Assembly (NCBI RefSeq): GCF_036917135.1
Contig: NZ_JBALEA010000089.1
Location: forward strand, 47,974 to 111,973
Direction of reading: 5' to 3'
From: Nostoc sp.
GTDB taxonomy: Bacteria > Cyanobacteriota > Cyanobacteriia > Cyanobacteriales > Nostocaceae
DNA length: 64,000 bases
Position 1 is the first letter of the stretch. Each line of letters starts with the position of its first letter. Below, piece after piece: positions 18,634 through 30,050 of the stretch. The notes below the pieces were generated by a model. The model did not search any database. It saw only the letters and a program-made list of their open reading frames with translations, and was not told the origin of the DNA. The position numbers and the translations under genes are program-made.

Positions 18634-19353
18634 ATGGCTTCTGGTTTAAAATCTTCGACACTGGAACTCCTAAAGCGCTTTAACCGAGCGTTTCCCCAGT
18701 TTTATGAGCAATTCGTCAGCAGTGAAATTCAACTGCAAAATTTGCGGCTAGCTTACCGTCTTTATAAAACTAGACGCGCTGTGATTGAACTGAAACCGGA
18801 AGGTAGCAAAAGTGCCCTGCATTTTGCTTACCGCAATCAGTCTTTTCTTCTCAGCGATATTTTTGGTGTACTAGCAGCTTATGGGTTGACTATCCACGGT
18901 CTAAGTCTATACGGTCAGATCCGTCCGCCAATGTTAGTTTTTATCAAACTGTTGGTATCTCGTGGTAGCAAAGCTTTGACCGAGAAAACCGCAGAAAATG
19001 TCTGTCGTGCTATTCGTGAGGCTTTAGGAGGTCGGTTTGAGGTAGAAGAGATGCTGGCAGTGGAATTCAATCTTGACACTGGCTTAGAGCAGGTACAAAC
19101 TGAGTTCTATGTTGATCCGGTATTTCATCTCCCTGCCCTAGTGATTGAAGCTGATAATCAACCAGGGTTATTCTACAAAGTGATGTACGCCATCTGGCAA
19201 GAAGACCTTCTGGTAGTCAATGCCAATTTATTGGTTTGGCGCGGACGTACACGGCTAATTCTCTACTTGCTGGGGCCAAATGAAAGCCTCATTCCCGAAT
19301 ACCTGGGTCACAAAATCGCTGAAGGGGTGCGACAGAGGTTGTTAGGGAAATGA
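18634..19353 (+). CDS. Hypothetical protein with two ACT-like repeats resembling the GlnD C-terminus
   Basis: NQSFLLSDIFGVLAAYGLTIHG and IEADNQPGLFYKV...LLVVNANL resemble ACT signatures (by eye). Confidence 0.65.
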   Translation: MASGLKSSTLELLKRFNRAFPQFYEQFVSSEIQLQNLRLAYRLYKTRRAVIELKPEGSKSALHFAYRNQSFLLSDIFGVLAAYGLTIHGLSLYGQIRPPMLVFIKLLVSRGSKALTEKTAENVCRAIREALGGRFEVEEMLAVEFNLDTGLEQVQTEFYVDPVFHLPALVIEADNQPGLFYKVMYAIWQEDLLVVNANLLVWRGRTRLILYLLGPNESLIPEYLGHKIAEGVRQRLLGK

Positions 19354-19358
19354 AAAAA

Positions 19359-19440
19359 GTTATGAGTGAGGAGTGAGGAGTGAGGAGTTATGAGTTAACA
19401 ACTTTCTAAATTCTAATTCCTAACTCCTAACTCCTAATTC
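19359..19440. repeat. STRR heptamer arrays (gaggagt)n and inverted (cctaact)n
   Basis: Visible 7-bp tandem units in intergenic DNA. Confidence 0.85.
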
Positions 19441-19482
19441 TTCGCATTTAGTCGCACCCGCCCTTAAGGGTACGATATAAGT

Positions 19483-20394
19483 ATGGCAACTATTGAAATC
19501 TTGGGCGTTCCACACGCATACGAGCTAACGGCTCCCACTTCTTGCCCCCACGCTTTAGTATTTATCCACGGTTGGCTCAATAGCCGTGGATATTGGCAAC
19601 CTGTGATTTCCCGCCTATCAGATGATTTGCAGTGCCTTTCCTATGATTTGCGGGGTTTTGGTGAATCGCAATCTCAGGTAAAAACCGATTTTAGTCAAGC
19701 ACAAACGTCTCTGAGTCTTACGCCCATCTCAAGTAGTGCGGTTGGCTCACCAATGGAATCTCTTTATACTCCTGCTGCATATACTCAGGATTTAGCAATT
19801 CTCCTAAAACAGCTAAATATTACCAGTGCTTGGCTAATTGGTCACTCGTTGGGTGGGACGATCGCTCTTTGGGGAGCAGATCAAATACCTGAGTGTGTTA
19901 AGGGTGTTATCTGTATCAATGCTGGTGGTGGTATTTATCTCAAAGAATCCTTTGAGCAGTTTCGCTCGGCTGGTCAGAAATTTTTGCAAGTCCGTCCGCG
20001 CTGGCTCTCCCAAGTACCTTTGATTGATTTGCTGTTTACTAGAGCGAGTGTGGCTCGTCCTTTGGAGCGCTATTGGGCACGTCAACGAGTAATAGATTTC
20101 GTTGTGGCTGATCCAGAAGCAGCTCTTGGAACTCTATTAGACTCCACAACGGAAGAAGAAATCAATCGTTTACCTGAGCTAGTATCTCAACTGAAGCAGC
20201 CAGTTTATTTTTTGGCTGGCGCGGAAGATAAGGTTATGGAACCTAAGTATGTGCGTCATTTAGCTAGCTTTCACAGACTGTTTCAATACTGTGGTGACAA
20301 TGTTCTGGAAATTCCTAATTGCGGACACCTGGCTATGTTGGAACAGCCGGATGCTGTGGCTAATCACATTCGGGCGATAGTTACAAGTCAATAA
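19483..20394 (+). CDS. Alpha/beta fold hydrolase
   Basis: FIHGW oxyanion motif, YDLRGFG, GHSLGG nucleophile elbow, CGHLAM catalytic His. Confidence 0.92.
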   Translation: MATIEILGVPHAYELTAPTSCPHALVFIHGWLNSRGYWQPVISRLSDDLQCLSYDLRGFGESQSQVKTDFSQAQTSLSLTPISSSAVGSPMESLYTPAAYTQDLAILLKQLNITSAWLIGHSLGGTIALWGADQIPECVKGVICINAGGGIYLKESFEQFRSAGQKFLQVRPRWLSQVPLIDLLFTRASVARPLERYWARQRVIDFVVADPEAALGTLLDSTTEEEINRLPELVSQLKQPVYFLAGAEDKVMEPKYVRHLASFHRLFQYCGDNVLEIPNCGHLAMLEQPDAVANHIRAIVTSQ

Positions 20395-20459
20395 TTATTG
20401 GGGATTGGGCATTGGAGCAAACAGAAAGTTCTTCTCTCCTGACAAATGACAAATGACAA

Positions 20460-20582
20460 GGGACTGACAACAAATAAATTATCCAATCTTGTGGGGTGGG
20501 CAACATGAGCGCCTTTGGCTGTGGGCGGGTGAGACACCCACCCCACAAGAAATAGTTAAGTATTTTTTTATTTGTCAGTCCC
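20460..20582. mobile_element. MITE-like element, 123 bp, third family member, CAA target duplication, inserted in a (caaatga)n STRR
   Basis: gggactgaca ... tgtcagtccc termini; CAA at 20457-20459 and 20583-20585. Confidence 0.8.
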
Positions 20583-20596
20583 CAAATGACTAATGA

Positions 20597-21646
20597 CTAC
20601 TCAACAGATTGATACAATTTCATCACCTGGGTAAGCGCTAACCTAGACTCAACGCCTAGTGTGAGGGTGGATGTATGACCACGCGATAGATGATCTGCGG
20701 CAGCACAGCCAATCATGGCGGCGTTATCGGTACAGAATTTGAGAGGTGGGAATAGGACGCGTAAGTTATGTTTAACGGCGGCGGCTTGGAGGTTTTTTCT
20801 CAACCCGCTATTAGCTGCTACGCCGCCACCAATGGCAATTGTGTCTAAACGATAGTCTAGGGCACAGGCGATCGCTCTTTTGGTTAGCGATCGCGCTACA
20901 GTATCCTGAAAACTAGCTGCGACATCTGCCACTGGCACTTGTCCACCATCTTTTTCTAACTGCTGCACTAAACGCAATACAGCCGTTTTTAATCCGCTAA
21001 AACTCGTATCATAACGATGAACCCCCCCGCCCGGTACAGAAACTCTTCCTTCTGGTAGGGCAAAGGCTTGAGGATTCCCCTGTTCTGCCAACTTGTCAAT
21101 CACTGGACCACCGGGATAACCCAGCTTTAACAATCGCGCCACTTTATCAAAGGCTTCACCCGCAGCATCATCACGGGTTTGACCCAGGGTTTCGTAATTA
21201 CCACAATCTTTGACATAAATCAAGCTTGTATGTCCGCCTGAAACCAGTAAGCTAAGGAAAGGGGGATTTAAAGTTGATTCACTCAAGTAAGTTGCGTAAA
21301 TGTGACCTTCCAGGTGATGAACTCCCAAAAATGGCTTGTTGTGTACCATTGCCAGGGTTTTGGCAGCAGTTAACCCCACCAATAGCGCTCCTACAAGTCC
21401 AGGGGCACAGGTGGCAGCAATTGCGTCAATTTTTCCCCAGTCTAGTTGGGCTTGTTCTAAGGCTTGTGCGATCGCAACATTGATCGTTTCCAAGTGCTGG
21501 CGAGATGCTACTTCTGGCACTACCCCGCCATACTGCTGATGGACTAGAATTTGCGAGGCGACGACACTGCTGCAAACTTTACGATTGTTAACAATTGCGA
21601 CGGCAGTTTCATCACAGCTGGTTTCTATTGCTAAAACGGTTGTCAT
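20597..21646 (-). CDS. tsaD: tRNA t6A threonylcarbamoyltransferase
   Basis: [54 protein letters not shown]. Confidence 0.97.
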   Translation of the reverse strand: MTTVLAIETSCDETAVAIVNNRKVCSSVVASQILVHQQYGGVVPEVASRQHLETINVAIAQALEQAQLDWGKIDAIAATCAPGLVGALLVGLTAAKTLAMVHNKPFLGVHHLEGHIYATYLSESTLNPPFLSLLVSGGHTSLIYVKDCGNYETLGQTRDDAAGEAFDKVARLLKLGYPGGPVIDKLAEQGNPQAFALPEGRVSVPGGGVHRYDTSFSGLKTAVLRLVQQLEKDGGQVPVADVAASFQDTVARSLTKRAIACALDYRLDTIAIGGGVAANSGLRKNLQAAAVKHNLRVLFPPLKFCTDNAAMIGCAAADHLSRGHTSTLTLGVESRLALTQVMKLYQSVE

Positions 21647-21925
21647 TGAGAGTAATCAGTGCTGGGTGCTGAGTCTGGAGTCCTGAGTGATAGAGAAAAT
21701 CTTGCTTCTTTACTACCCTACAACAACAATTCTTATAGTTGGCACTTCTTCCTGGGCAGTCAACACTCTATTTTGGTTGAGAAGCTTTAACTTTTATTTA
21801 CTTAAACTTTACTCGGTTCCCACCCAAGAGTATGATGACTTCCTAGTTATGCAAATAAACAACTGTACAAGCCGCTTCGTTTTGTACAAAAAACTTCTTG
21901 TTTTGTAATAAAAGGAAACAACTCT

Positions 21926-22420
21926 ATGCGACGATTGTTTGCTTTGATGTTAGCGATCTGTCTTTGGTTCAACTTTGCTCCCCCAGCACAGGCTTTAGGG
22001 GCTAATTTGACACCCTGCAAAGACAATCCCGCTTTTCAACAGCTAGCAGCTAATGCCCGTAATACCACTGCTGATCCCGAGTCAGGGAAAAAGCGGTTTG
22101 AGCGTTATTCTCAGGCGCTATGCGGTCCTGAGGGATACCCTCACTTGATTGTTGATAGTCGTCTAGATCATGCTGGTGACTTTTTGATCCCTAGCATTCT
22201 GTTTTTATATATTGCTGGTTGGATTGGTTGGGTAGGTCGTGCCTATCTGCAAGCAATCAAAAAGGAATCTGACACTGAACTCAAAGAAATCCAAATCGAT
22301 CTTGGTTTGGCACTACCCCTAATATTGTCAGGCTTTGCTTGGCCAGCAGCAGCAGTCCAAGAACTTCTCTCTGGAAAATTAGCAGCCAAGGATTCAGAAA
22401 TCACTGTTTCCCCACGCTAA
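21926..22420 (+). CDS. psaF: Photosystem I subunit III
   Basis: [37 protein letters not shown]. Confidence 0.97.
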   Translation: MRRLFALMLAICLWFNFAPPAQALGANLTPCKDNPAFQQLAANARNTTADPESGKKRFERYSQALCGPEGYPHLIVDSRLDHAGDFLIPSILFLYIAGWIGWVGRAYLQAIKKESDTELKEIQIDLGLALPLILSGFAWPAAAVQELLSGKLAAKDSEITVSPR

Positions 22421-22459
22421 ATCAGCTTAACTAATTCATTCGTTTTGGAGACTAAATTC

Positions 22460-22609
22460 ATGGCAGACAAAGAAGATCAAGCATCTTATTTGATTAAATT
22501 CATTTCCACAGCGCCCGTGGCAGCCACAATCTGGCTGACCATCACAGCAGGGATCTTGATTGAATTCAACCGCTTTTTCCCCGACCTACTTTTCCACCCA
22601 CTGCCATAA
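22460..22609 (+). CDS. psaJ: Photosystem I subunit IX (49 aa, not in the ORF track)
   Basis: Hand translation [49 protein letters not shown]; follows psaF. Confidence 0.96.
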   Translation: MADKEDQASYLIKFISTAPVAATIWLTITAGILIEFNRFFPDLLFHPLP

Positions 22610-22646
22610 GTGTCAAACAATTTTGGATTTTAGATTTGCGTTAGCG

Positions 22647-22822
22647 CGTTCGCTTTTAGCGTCTCGTAGAGAGCCTCTTTTAGATTGACACTGCCCACAA
22701 GGGACGGGTCAAAGGATTTTGGATTTTAGATTTGCTTTCTTCCTAGCGTTAGCGAGTCTCCGTTCGCTTTTAGCGTCTCGTAGAGAGCCTCTTTTGGATT
22801 GACACTGCCCACAAGGGGCGGG
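22647..22822. repeat. Two about 62-bp direct repeats (22647-22708, 22761-22822; period 114 bp) embedded in STRR DNA
   Basis: cgttcgcttttagcgtctcgtagagagcctctttt(a/g)gattgacactgcccacaaggg occurs twice. Confidence 0.85.
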
Positions 22823-23178
22823 ACATGAACCAAAAAACTCTTTTAATCTAAAATCCAAGTTGCGCTGTCAGCGCACCAGAGGTGCGACCCAAAATCCAAA
22901 ATTGTTGGTCAAATGGAATTTACGAAAGTTGAATGTCTTGTCTTTTGCCTAATATTGTGTAGTTGGTATATTCAGCTTAGTTAGGCAGAATTATCACCAG
23001 AATAGGCAGCAAAAATAGTTTTTTGAAACTCGTGATTCTGTTTACAGATCGCGAGTTTCACAGTTTTAAAACTCGCTAAATTAATTTTTCTAAACTTCCT
23101 AGCAAAAAGACATCTTTGGCTACAATTATTATTAATATAAAAATGCCACCATTTTAATTTAGAGGCTGAACATAAAAT

Positions 23179-23700
23179 ATGGCACAAGCAGTAGATGCAT
23201 CAAAAAATCTTCCCAGCGATCCTAGAAATCGGGAAGTTGTTTTTCCCGCATTCGGCGATCCACAGATTGGGAACCTAGAAACCCCAGTTAATTCTCTTCC
23301 CTTGATCAAGTGGTTCATTAATAACTTACCTGCCTATCGCCCAGGTTTGGCTCCTGCTAGACGTGGTTTAGAAGTTGGTATGGCTCATGGTTACTTTCTA
23401 TTTGGCCCCTTTGCGAAATTGGGGCCACTGCGGGACACAGCTAACGCTAACTTAGCTGGGTTACTGGGAGGTATCGGCTTGGTTGTAGTTTTCACCGCCG
23501 GACTATCGCTATATGCCAATAGCAATCCGCCCAAAGCACTTCCTAGTGTTACCGTACCGAATCCTCCGGCAGATGCTTTTAATTCTAAAGAAAGCTGGAA
23601 CAACTTCGCCAGTTCTTTCTTGATTGGTGGTATTGGTGGTGCAGTAGTTGCTTACTTTTTGAGTAGTAACTTGGCACTAATTCAAGGTCTATTTGGTTAA
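23179..23700 (+). CDS. psaL: Photosystem I subunit XI
   Basis: GNLETPVN, NNLPAYRPGL, RRGLEVGMAHGYFL. Confidence 0.97.
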   Translation: MAQAVDASKNLPSDPRNREVVFPAFGDPQIGNLETPVNSLPLIKWFINNLPAYRPGLAPARRGLEVGMAHGYFLFGPFAKLGPLRDTANANLAGLLGGIGLVVVFTAGLSLYANSNPPKALPSVTVPNPPADAFNSKESWNNFASSFLIGGIGGAVVAYFLSSNLALIQGLFG

Positions 23701-23707
23701 TTAGTAG

Positions 23708-23747
23708 GAGTTAGAAGTTAGGAATTTAAATTCCTAACTTCTAACTC
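23708..23747. terminator. Perfect 40-bp palindrome built from inverted STRR units between convergent psaL and gmk; likely bidirectional terminator
   Basis: gagttagaagttaggaattt|aaattcctaacttctaactc. Confidence 0.6.
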
Positions 23748-23759
23748 TTAACTCCTAAC

Positions 23760-24359
23760 TTATTTAAACAAAACCGCTTCAATATCATTTAGAGCAGTTT
23801 CAAAATCGTCATTAACGATTTGAATATCAAATTCGTCTGCGGCTTGAATTTCTTCTTGGGCGCGGAGTAGACGACGGGCGATCGCTTCTTCAGAGTCTTG
23901 GCCACGAGACCGTATCCGTTTCTCTAATTCATCAAAAGAAGGCGGTAAAATAAAAATGCTGAGGGCACTAGGGAAGGAAGCACGAGTTTGTCTTGCTCCT
24001 TCTAGTTCAATTTCCAGCACTACCAACTTACCAGAATTAATTTGGTTAAGCACAGCTTCACGGGGTGTGCCGTAACAATTGCCAGCAAATTCTGCCCATT
24101 CCAAAAATTCACCTTCAGCAACTAATTGTTCAAACTTACTGCGGCTGATAAAGTAATAACTTTTACCATCGGTTTCCCCTGGACGGGGAGAACGAGTCGT
24201 TACAGATACGGAATAGTAGAGTTCTGGATGACGTTGTAGGAGCGATCGCATTAAAGTCCCTTTCCCAACCCCACTGGGGCCAGTTAAAACAATTAGTTTG
24301 CCTAAATGTAAGCATTCTTCGGTAATAGCACTATTCTGGATGGGTAAAACTGGCATCAT
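23760..24359 (-). CDS. gmk: Guanylate kinase
   Basis: [11 protein letters not shown]-loop, [22 protein letters not shown]. Confidence 0.96.
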   Translation of the reverse strand: MMPVLPIQNSAITEECLHLGKLIVLTGPSGVGKGTLMRSLLQRHPELYYSVSVTTRSPRPGETDGKSYYFISRSKFEQLVAEGEFLEWAEFAGNCYGTPREAVLNQINSGKLVVLEIELEGARQTRASFPSALSIFILPPSFDELEKRIRSRGQDSEEAIARRLLRAQEEIQAADEFDIQIVNDDFETALNDIEAVLFK

Positions 24360-24529
24360 CCCTTAAACCTATAAATCAATCAATAGATATTATTCATCAG
24401 TCTTGTGTTCCTGGCCAAGTACACTAGTACCGCAGAGCGGAATTCAAAATTTAAAATTCAAACTAGGTATACAGCGTAAGGGTTTTATTGATTTGGAATG
24501 GGTGGTTTATTTACGCCGTGTTGTAATGG

Positions 24530-24796
24530 TCAATTATCTACAGTCTGATGATCGCGGGAAATCACAAAGCGATTCGCTACCGTTTCTGGCTGAATTGCTG
24601 AGAGAATGACGTGACTGGAATCGGTGATAATTACAGCCCTAGTCCGACGACCGTAAGTTGCATCAATGAGTTGATTTTTGTCCCGTGCTTCGGTAATAAT
24701 CCGCTTAATCGGGGCAGACTCTGGACTGACAATGGCAACTACTCTGTTGGCAGACACGATGTTACCAAAGCCGATGTTGATTAACTGAATATCCAT
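24530..24796 (-). CDS. remA: RemA / DUF370 family protein
   Basis: [41 protein letters not shown]; usual position upstream of gmk. Confidence 0.92.
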   Translation of the reverse strand: MDIQLINIGFGNIVSANRVVAIVSPESAPIKRIITEARDKNQLIDATYGRRTRAVIITDSSHVILSAIQPETVANRFVISRDHQTVDN

Positions 24797-25188
24797 AAAA
24801 AAACTGACGCTAAACGCGGTTTGAAAAGCTTGAAATAAACTTATCCTTATGTTATCGCCAAAAAACGTGAGTTACAACGCTTAAATTCAAGCCAGTCTGT
24901 GTTTTTAAATAATGTCTGCTTTTTTTTAGCTGTTTATCACCTATTTTTCCTGAAAATCTTCCCAAAGATATATGTGAAATTCCACTGATCCAAATACAAA
25001 CCCGACCTGTCGCTTGCTGTACGAAAACCGCTTAACAGATCACCCATATTCCGCTCCACAGTAAGGGGATAGTGGCATTCTCCCTTGCCTGTTGTTAAAT
25101 GATGAAAAAATATTAATAAATTTGAATTTACTTTAATTTGTATCAATAGTACATTACTAAACTAATCTGAGTTCGACGAAGTTCAATT

Positions 25189-25902
25189 TTATCTACCACC
25201 CACATTCATAGTACGCATCCGTCGCACACTTCCAGCTTGACAATCGCGTAACCAAGCTTTAACCCCTTGAGCGATCGCACCATTACTACTATCACGTGGC
25301 GGGGATAGTGGCTGCTGTGGTGACTGGGAACCAGTTTGAGAAAACATCATCACTAAACGCCAACCAGTTGTAGTTTTTGTCAGCAACAGCCAATGGAATT
25401 GTTGCAATTCTATGGCTTTCTTTCCTATGTACTGCCGCTCCAAGGTCGTAAAGAAAACTTGCTCAATTCCTGATGCAGAGCTTTTAGCCGCATCTGCACT
25501 ATATTCTTCCAGATTAAGGGGCAGAGGAGTAAACTCAGGTCTTCCTGCCACTAGCATATAACTATAAACATCACCGCTTCTGCTGAGGCGACGGGCGCGT
25601 TGACTGGCGCGATTGGTATAACTAGGTAAATCTTGTACTAGCTGTATAGTTAATGTTTCTAAATTTTGCTCAGAACATAAAGACTTGGCTCTATCGTTGA
25701 CATTTTCTTTTTCTGCGATCGCAGAGGGTTTAGGGGTGAGGTTGATCGAGAACGCTGGGTAAGCAAGGCTATTTGATCCTAAAATCCAGAAGCCGCAAGC
25801 TAAAAGCCAACTATAATTTTTCTTCTTGAGCGAAGAGACAAGATTGCTCTTTGCTATACCCTTTACCCTGTCCCCCTGCTTCTCACTGACTGCTAGCTTC
25901 AT
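25189..25902 (-). CDS. Conserved cyanobacterial hypothetical protein
   Basis: 237-aa ORF overlapping the pyrF stop by 4 bp; FFTTLERQY motif; no function recognised. Confidence 0.75.
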   Translation of the reverse strand: MKLAVSEKQGDRVKGIAKSNLVSSLKKKNYSWLLACGFWILGSNSLAYPAFSINLTPKPSAIAEKENVNDRAKSLCSEQNLETLTIQLVQDLPSYTNRASQRARRLSRSGDVYSYMLVAGRPEFTPLPLNLEEYSADAAKSSASGIEQVFFTTLERQYIGKKAIELQQFHWLLLTKTTTGWRLVMMFSQTGSQSPQQPLSPPRDSSNGAIAQGVKAWLRDCQAGSVRRMRTMNVGGR

Positions 25903-26630
25903 GTCACCGTGCTTAACTCCTCAGAAATCCTCTTCCAGGCTAACTCCGGCTCCGTAGCAGTAGTGATGGGACGGCCAATTACGAGATAATCTGCACCTGC
26001 AATAATTGCTTGTGCTGGGGTGAGCGATCGCTTTTGATCGCCAATATCAGCCCAAGTTGGTCTAACCCCCGGACAAACTAGTAAAAAGTCATCTCCACAA
26101 GTTTGCCGCAATTGTGCCACTTCTTGAGGCGAACAAACTGCCCCATCCAATCCCGCCTCTTGAGCCATTAATGCCATTTCTAGAGCATATTCTGGTAATT
26201 CTAGGGGAATCTTCAAATCAAACGCCAACTGTCTAGTAGAAATGCTCGTTAACAAAGTAATCGCAATTAACTTAGGCGGTTTTACACCTGCTTGGGTAGC
26301 CCCTTCCTGTGCCGCCTCTGTTGCAGCTTTGAGAGCGTCTGTACCAGATGCAGCATGAATTGTCAATAAATCCACTCCATATTTAGCCGCACTACGACAA
26401 GCACCGGCGACTGTGTTAGGGATATCGTGAAACTTTAAATCTAGGAAAATGCGCTTTTGCCGAGACTTTAACACTTCCAGAATTTTTGGGCCAGTGCTGG
26501 TAAACAACTCTAAGCCGACTTTCCACCAAACCACTTGCGGAAGTTGATCTATAAGAGCGATCGCACTTTGTTCATCCGGCACATCCAAAGCCACAATAAC
26601 TTGTTGTTCTGCCTGTTGACTATTCCCCAT
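25899..26630 (-). CDS. pyrF: Orotidine-5'-phosphate decarboxylase
   Basis: [36 protein letters not shown]. Confidence 0.97.
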   Translation of the reverse strand: MGNSQQAEQQVIVALDVPDEQSAIALIDQLPQVVWWKVGLELFTSTGPKILEVLKSRQKRIFLDLKFHDIPNTVAGACRSAAKYGVDLLTIHAASGTDALKAATEAAQEGATQAGVKPPKLIAITLLTSISTRQLAFDLKIPLELPEYALEMALMAQEAGLDGAVCSPQEVAQLRQTCGDDFLLVCPGVRPTWADIGDQKRSLTPAQAIIAGADYLVIGRPITTATEPELAWKRISEELSTVT

Positions 26631-26651
26631 TCCCTACTCCCCACTCCCCAT

Positions 26652-27839
26652 TTAAACTAAACGGACAAACTTATTTTTCCCAACTTGTAAAACCTTACCT
26701 TGTAACTCGGCGGCATCAGCAAAAGTAGTATCGACATCGGTAATGCGATCGCCATCTAAGCGCACCCCACCCTCTTGAATTTTCCGCTTTCCTTCCCCTG
26801 TACTTTTGCACAAGCCAGTGGCATTGAGAATATACGCTAACTTAGTAGGGAACTGATCCAAGCCAGCTAGAGAAAATTCGGGAACTGCACCTTCTTTGCC
26901 GCCGCTTTGGGCTGCAACTTTTGCTTCTTGGGCTGCGGTTTCGCCGTGGTACTGTTTAACAACTTCATAAGCTAAGAGTGTCTGGCGATCGCGGGGATTT
27001 TCTGGTAGTTTATCCAAAGGTAAATCCGTCAATAGTTCAAAATACTGTGACAGCAGATGATCGGGAACTCCTTGCAACTTTTGATACTTTTGTCCTGGGT
27101 GTTCTGACAATCCGATATAATTACCTAAAGACTTAGACATTTTTTGCACGCCATCTGTGCCAATCAAAATTGGCAGCAGCATCCCAAATTGTGGCTCTTG
27201 ACCAAAATGGCGTTGCAAATCTCTGCCTACAGCAATGTTAAATTTCTGATCAGTGCCACCTAATTCCACGTCTGCCTCGACTGCAACCGAATCAAAACCT
27301 TGCATTAACGGGTACAGGAACTCATGGATAAAAATCGGATTCTCTTTCTTATAGCGATCAGCAAATCCTTCCTTCGCCAACATCTGCCCCACCGTCATCG
27401 TGGAGAGTAACTCCAAAATTTTCTCTAAGTTTAGCCCAGAGAGCCATTCGGAGTTATAGCGCACCTCTAATCTTCCTGGTGTGTCAAAATCCAAGATAGG
27501 ACGTACTTGATCAAGATAAGTCTGAGCATTTTGGGCTACGTCTGCTTCTGTAAGCTGACGACGCACTTCAGATTTACCAGTTGGATCGCCAATACGGGCT
27601 GTAAAATCGCCAATAATCAGAACTGCTATATGGCCTGCATCTTGAAACGCTCGCAGTTTACGTACTGGTATGCTATGACCGAGATGAATATCAGTACCTG
27701 TAGGGTCAATGCCCAATTTGATCCTCAAAGGTTGGTTTGTAGTTAGTAAGAGCCTTTCTAGGCTTTCACTGTTAACATCAACTGATTGTGGGAAAACTTC
27801 TACAACACCACGACGAAGCCAAGTGAAATCTGGTGTCAT
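26652..27839 (-). CDS. tyrS: Tyrosine--tRNA ligase
   Basis: [27 protein letters not shown]-terminal S4 domain; start set at ATG 27839. Confidence 0.96.
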   Translation of the reverse strand: MTPDFTWLRRGVVEVFPQSVDVNSESLERLLLTTNQPLRIKLGIDPTGTDIHLGHSIPVRKLRAFQDAGHIAVLIIGDFTARIGDPTGKSEVRRQLTEADVAQNAQTYLDQVRPILDFDTPGRLEVRYNSEWLSGLNLEKILELLSTMTVGQMLAKEGFADRYKKENPIFIHEFLYPLMQGFDSVAVEADVELGGTDQKFNIAVGRDLQRHFGQEPQFGMLLPILIGTDGVQKMSKSLGNYIGLSEHPGQKYQKLQGVPDHLLSQYFELLTDLPLDKLPENPRDRQTLLAYEVVKQYHGETAAQEAKVAAQSGGKEGAVPEFSLAGLDQFPTKLAYILNATGLCKSTGEGKRKIQEGGVRLDGDRITDVDTTFADAAELQGKVLQVGKNKFVRLV

Positions 27840-28012
27840 CTTAAGAGACTCATTACTCGCTATGTTTTGCACACTAGAAGTTAAGTTGGTTATAAACACT
27901 TGCAATTTATCCACTTTCTCATCTGCCAAACTACTATAATTGCAAAAAATTAACCGCCTTGCTTCGTCCAATCAATTACAGTTAAATTTATAAGTGAGGA
28001 AGTGAAATCGCC

Positions 28013-29938
28013 GTGTCGTCGTCTAGGACTTTTGAAAACAAACAGCCACAACGTCAGGCTTCATCAGGTTTTGAGTTTCTAAAAGGAGTTGGTCAGGTAA
28101 CTGGCGGTACTCTGCTCTCAATCACCATGCTGGCAAGTTCCATTGTAGCCGGAGGACTGGTTGGTTTAGCGATTAGTTTCCGTAACTTGCCAGATGTCAG
28201 ACAGCTACGTAACTTTTTCCCCTCAGAAACGACTTATATTTATGACGTTAAGGGCAAACTCTTAACGAGTATTCACGGGGAAGCCAATCGAGAAGTAGTA
28301 CCTCTAGATAGAATTTCCCCGAATTTAAAACGGGCCGTGTTGGCAAGTGAAGATAGCCACTTTTACGATCATCACGGTATTAACCCCGTGGGTGTTGGGC
28401 GTGCTGTAGTAGTTAATGCTGTAGCGGGTGGAGTCAAAGAGGGTGGCTCTACTGTTACTATGCAATTGGTAAAAAACCTGTTTTTGTCTCACAAGCGTGC
28501 TTTTACCCGGAAGTTAGCAGAGGCGGTGCTAGCAATTCGCTTAGAACAAATTCTCAATAAAGACCAAATATTAGAAATGTACCTCAATCAAGTTTATTGG
28601 GGTCATAACAATTATGGTGTACAAACGGCAGCCCGCAGTTACTTTAATAAGTCAGCAGAATATTTAACCTTGGGTGAGTCGGCAATGATGGCGGGTTTGA
28701 TTCAAGCACCTGAAGAATTCAGCCCGTTTGTCAGCATGGAGAAAGCAAAACAAAAACAAAAAGAAGTGCTGGGACGGATGCGGGACTTGAACTGGATCAG
28801 CCAGTCAGACTATGACGATGCCCTCAAGCAAGAAATCAAACTTGGTAAAATCAAATCCTTTCAAGGTAGTGCCTTACCTTATGTAACCAATACTGTAGCG
28901 CAAGAGTTAGCTAAGAAGTTTGGGCGTGAGACACTACTCAAAGGCGGGATGCGGGTGCAAACTACAGTTGATGCCGACTTCCAAAAGATGGCAGAAGAAA
29001 CTGTCACGAAGTGGCATAAAACACTTTTAGAGCAGGGATTATCTAAGAATCAGATGGCTCTGGTAGCAGTTGATCCACGCACGCATTTTATCAAAGCATT
29101 GGTGGGCGGTATAGATCCTAAGATCAGTGAATTTAATCGTGCAACTCAATCTCAACGCCAGCCCGGATCTTCCTTTAAACCGTTTGTATATTATACTGCT
29201 TTCGCTACTGGCAAGTATGCACCAGACTCAACGGTAGACGATTCTCCAGTCAGCTATCGAGATGGTAACGGTTGGTACTTTCCGAGAAATTATGATAATA
29301 GTTTTAGGGGAGCGATGCCAATCCGCACGGCTATAGCCCAATCGCGCAACATTCCCGTAATTAAGATTGGTAAAGCTGTGGGGATGAATAGAGTGATCGA
29401 AACCTGCCGTACCTTGGGCATTACCAGTCCGATGGAACCTGTGTCTTCTTTGCCACTTGGGGCAATTGGTGTGACTCCTTTGGAAATGGCTAGTGCCTAT
29501 GCTACCTTTGCTAATTATGGCTGGCAATCTCCACCAACTGTAATTGCCCGTGTTACCGATAGTAGTGGTAACGTGTTGCTAGACAATACGCCTAAACCCC
29601 AGCTAGTTCTCGATCCTTGGGCATCAGCAGCAATTTTAGATGTGATGCAATCGGTAATCAATGAAGGTACTGGTAAAGGTGCTGCCATCGGTCGCCCAGC
29701 TGCCGGGAAGACGGGAACAACATCATCAGAAAAGGATATTTGGTTTGTGGGCACTGTGCCACAGTTAACAACTGCTGTCTGGGTAGGGAGAGACGACAAC
29801 AGACAATTAGCTGACCATGCAACAGGCGGTGTTATGGTCGCTCCCATTTGGAAGGATTTTATGGAGAAAGCACTTAAGAACGTACCTGTAGAAAAATTCA
29901 AGCCAACTTCGCAGTTTTCTCGCCCCAAGTCGCAATAA
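28013..29938 (+). CDS. Class A penicillin-binding protein (transglycosylase + transpeptidase)
   Basis: EDSHF, GGSTVTMQLVKN (GT51); SSFK, SRN, KTGT (transpeptidase). Confidence 0.95.
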   Translation: MSSSRTFENKQPQRQASSGFEFLKGVGQVTGGTLLSITMLASSIVAGGLVGLAISFRNLPDVRQLRNFFPSETTYIYDVKGKLLTSIHGEANREVVPLDRISPNLKRAVLASEDSHFYDHHGINPVGVGRAVVVNAVAGGVKEGGSTVTMQLVKNLFLSHKRAFTRKLAEAVLAIRLEQILNKDQILEMYLNQVYWGHNNYGVQTAARSYFNKSAEYLTLGESAMMAGLIQAPEEFSPFVSMEKAKQKQKEVLGRMRDLNWISQSDYDDALKQEIKLGKIKSFQGSALPYVTNTVAQELAKKFGRETLLKGGMRVQTTVDADFQKMAEETVTKWHKTLLEQGLSKNQMALVAVDPRTHFIKALVGGIDPKISEFNRATQSQRQPGSSFKPFVYYTAFATGKYAPDSTVDDSPVSYRDGNGWYFPRNYDNSFRGAMPIRTAIAQSRNIPVIKIGKAVGMNRVIETCRTLGITSPMEPVSSLPLGAIGVTPLEMASAYATFANYGWQSPPTVIARVTDSSGNVLLDNTPKPQLVLDPWASAAILDVMQSVINEGTGKGAAIGRPAAGKTGTTSSEKDIWFVGTVPQLTTAVWVGRDDNRQLADHATGGVMVAPIWKDFMEKALKNVPVEKFKPTSQFSRPKSQ

Positions 29939-29939
29939 T

Positions 29940-30047
29940 TTTGGGTTTTAGATTTTAGATTTTGGATTAATTGCCAATCCAAAATCCAAAATCGTTCGAC
30001 TGAGCATCTCGACTTCGCTCGATGGAACCGTAGCCGAAGTCTAAAAT
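29940..30047. repeat. Inverted STRR arrays (ttttaga / aatccaa) with a nested small dispersed repeat (about 29994-30041)
   Basis: Heptamer units interrupted by ttcgactgagc...tagccgaagt. Confidence 0.65.
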
Positions 30048-30050
30048 GGA

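Noticed and set aside
22621-22822. CRISPR array
   Set aside because: Only two units of about 62 bp, with repeat-derived rather than unique spacers and no cas genes. Heptamer arrays elsewhere are STRRs.
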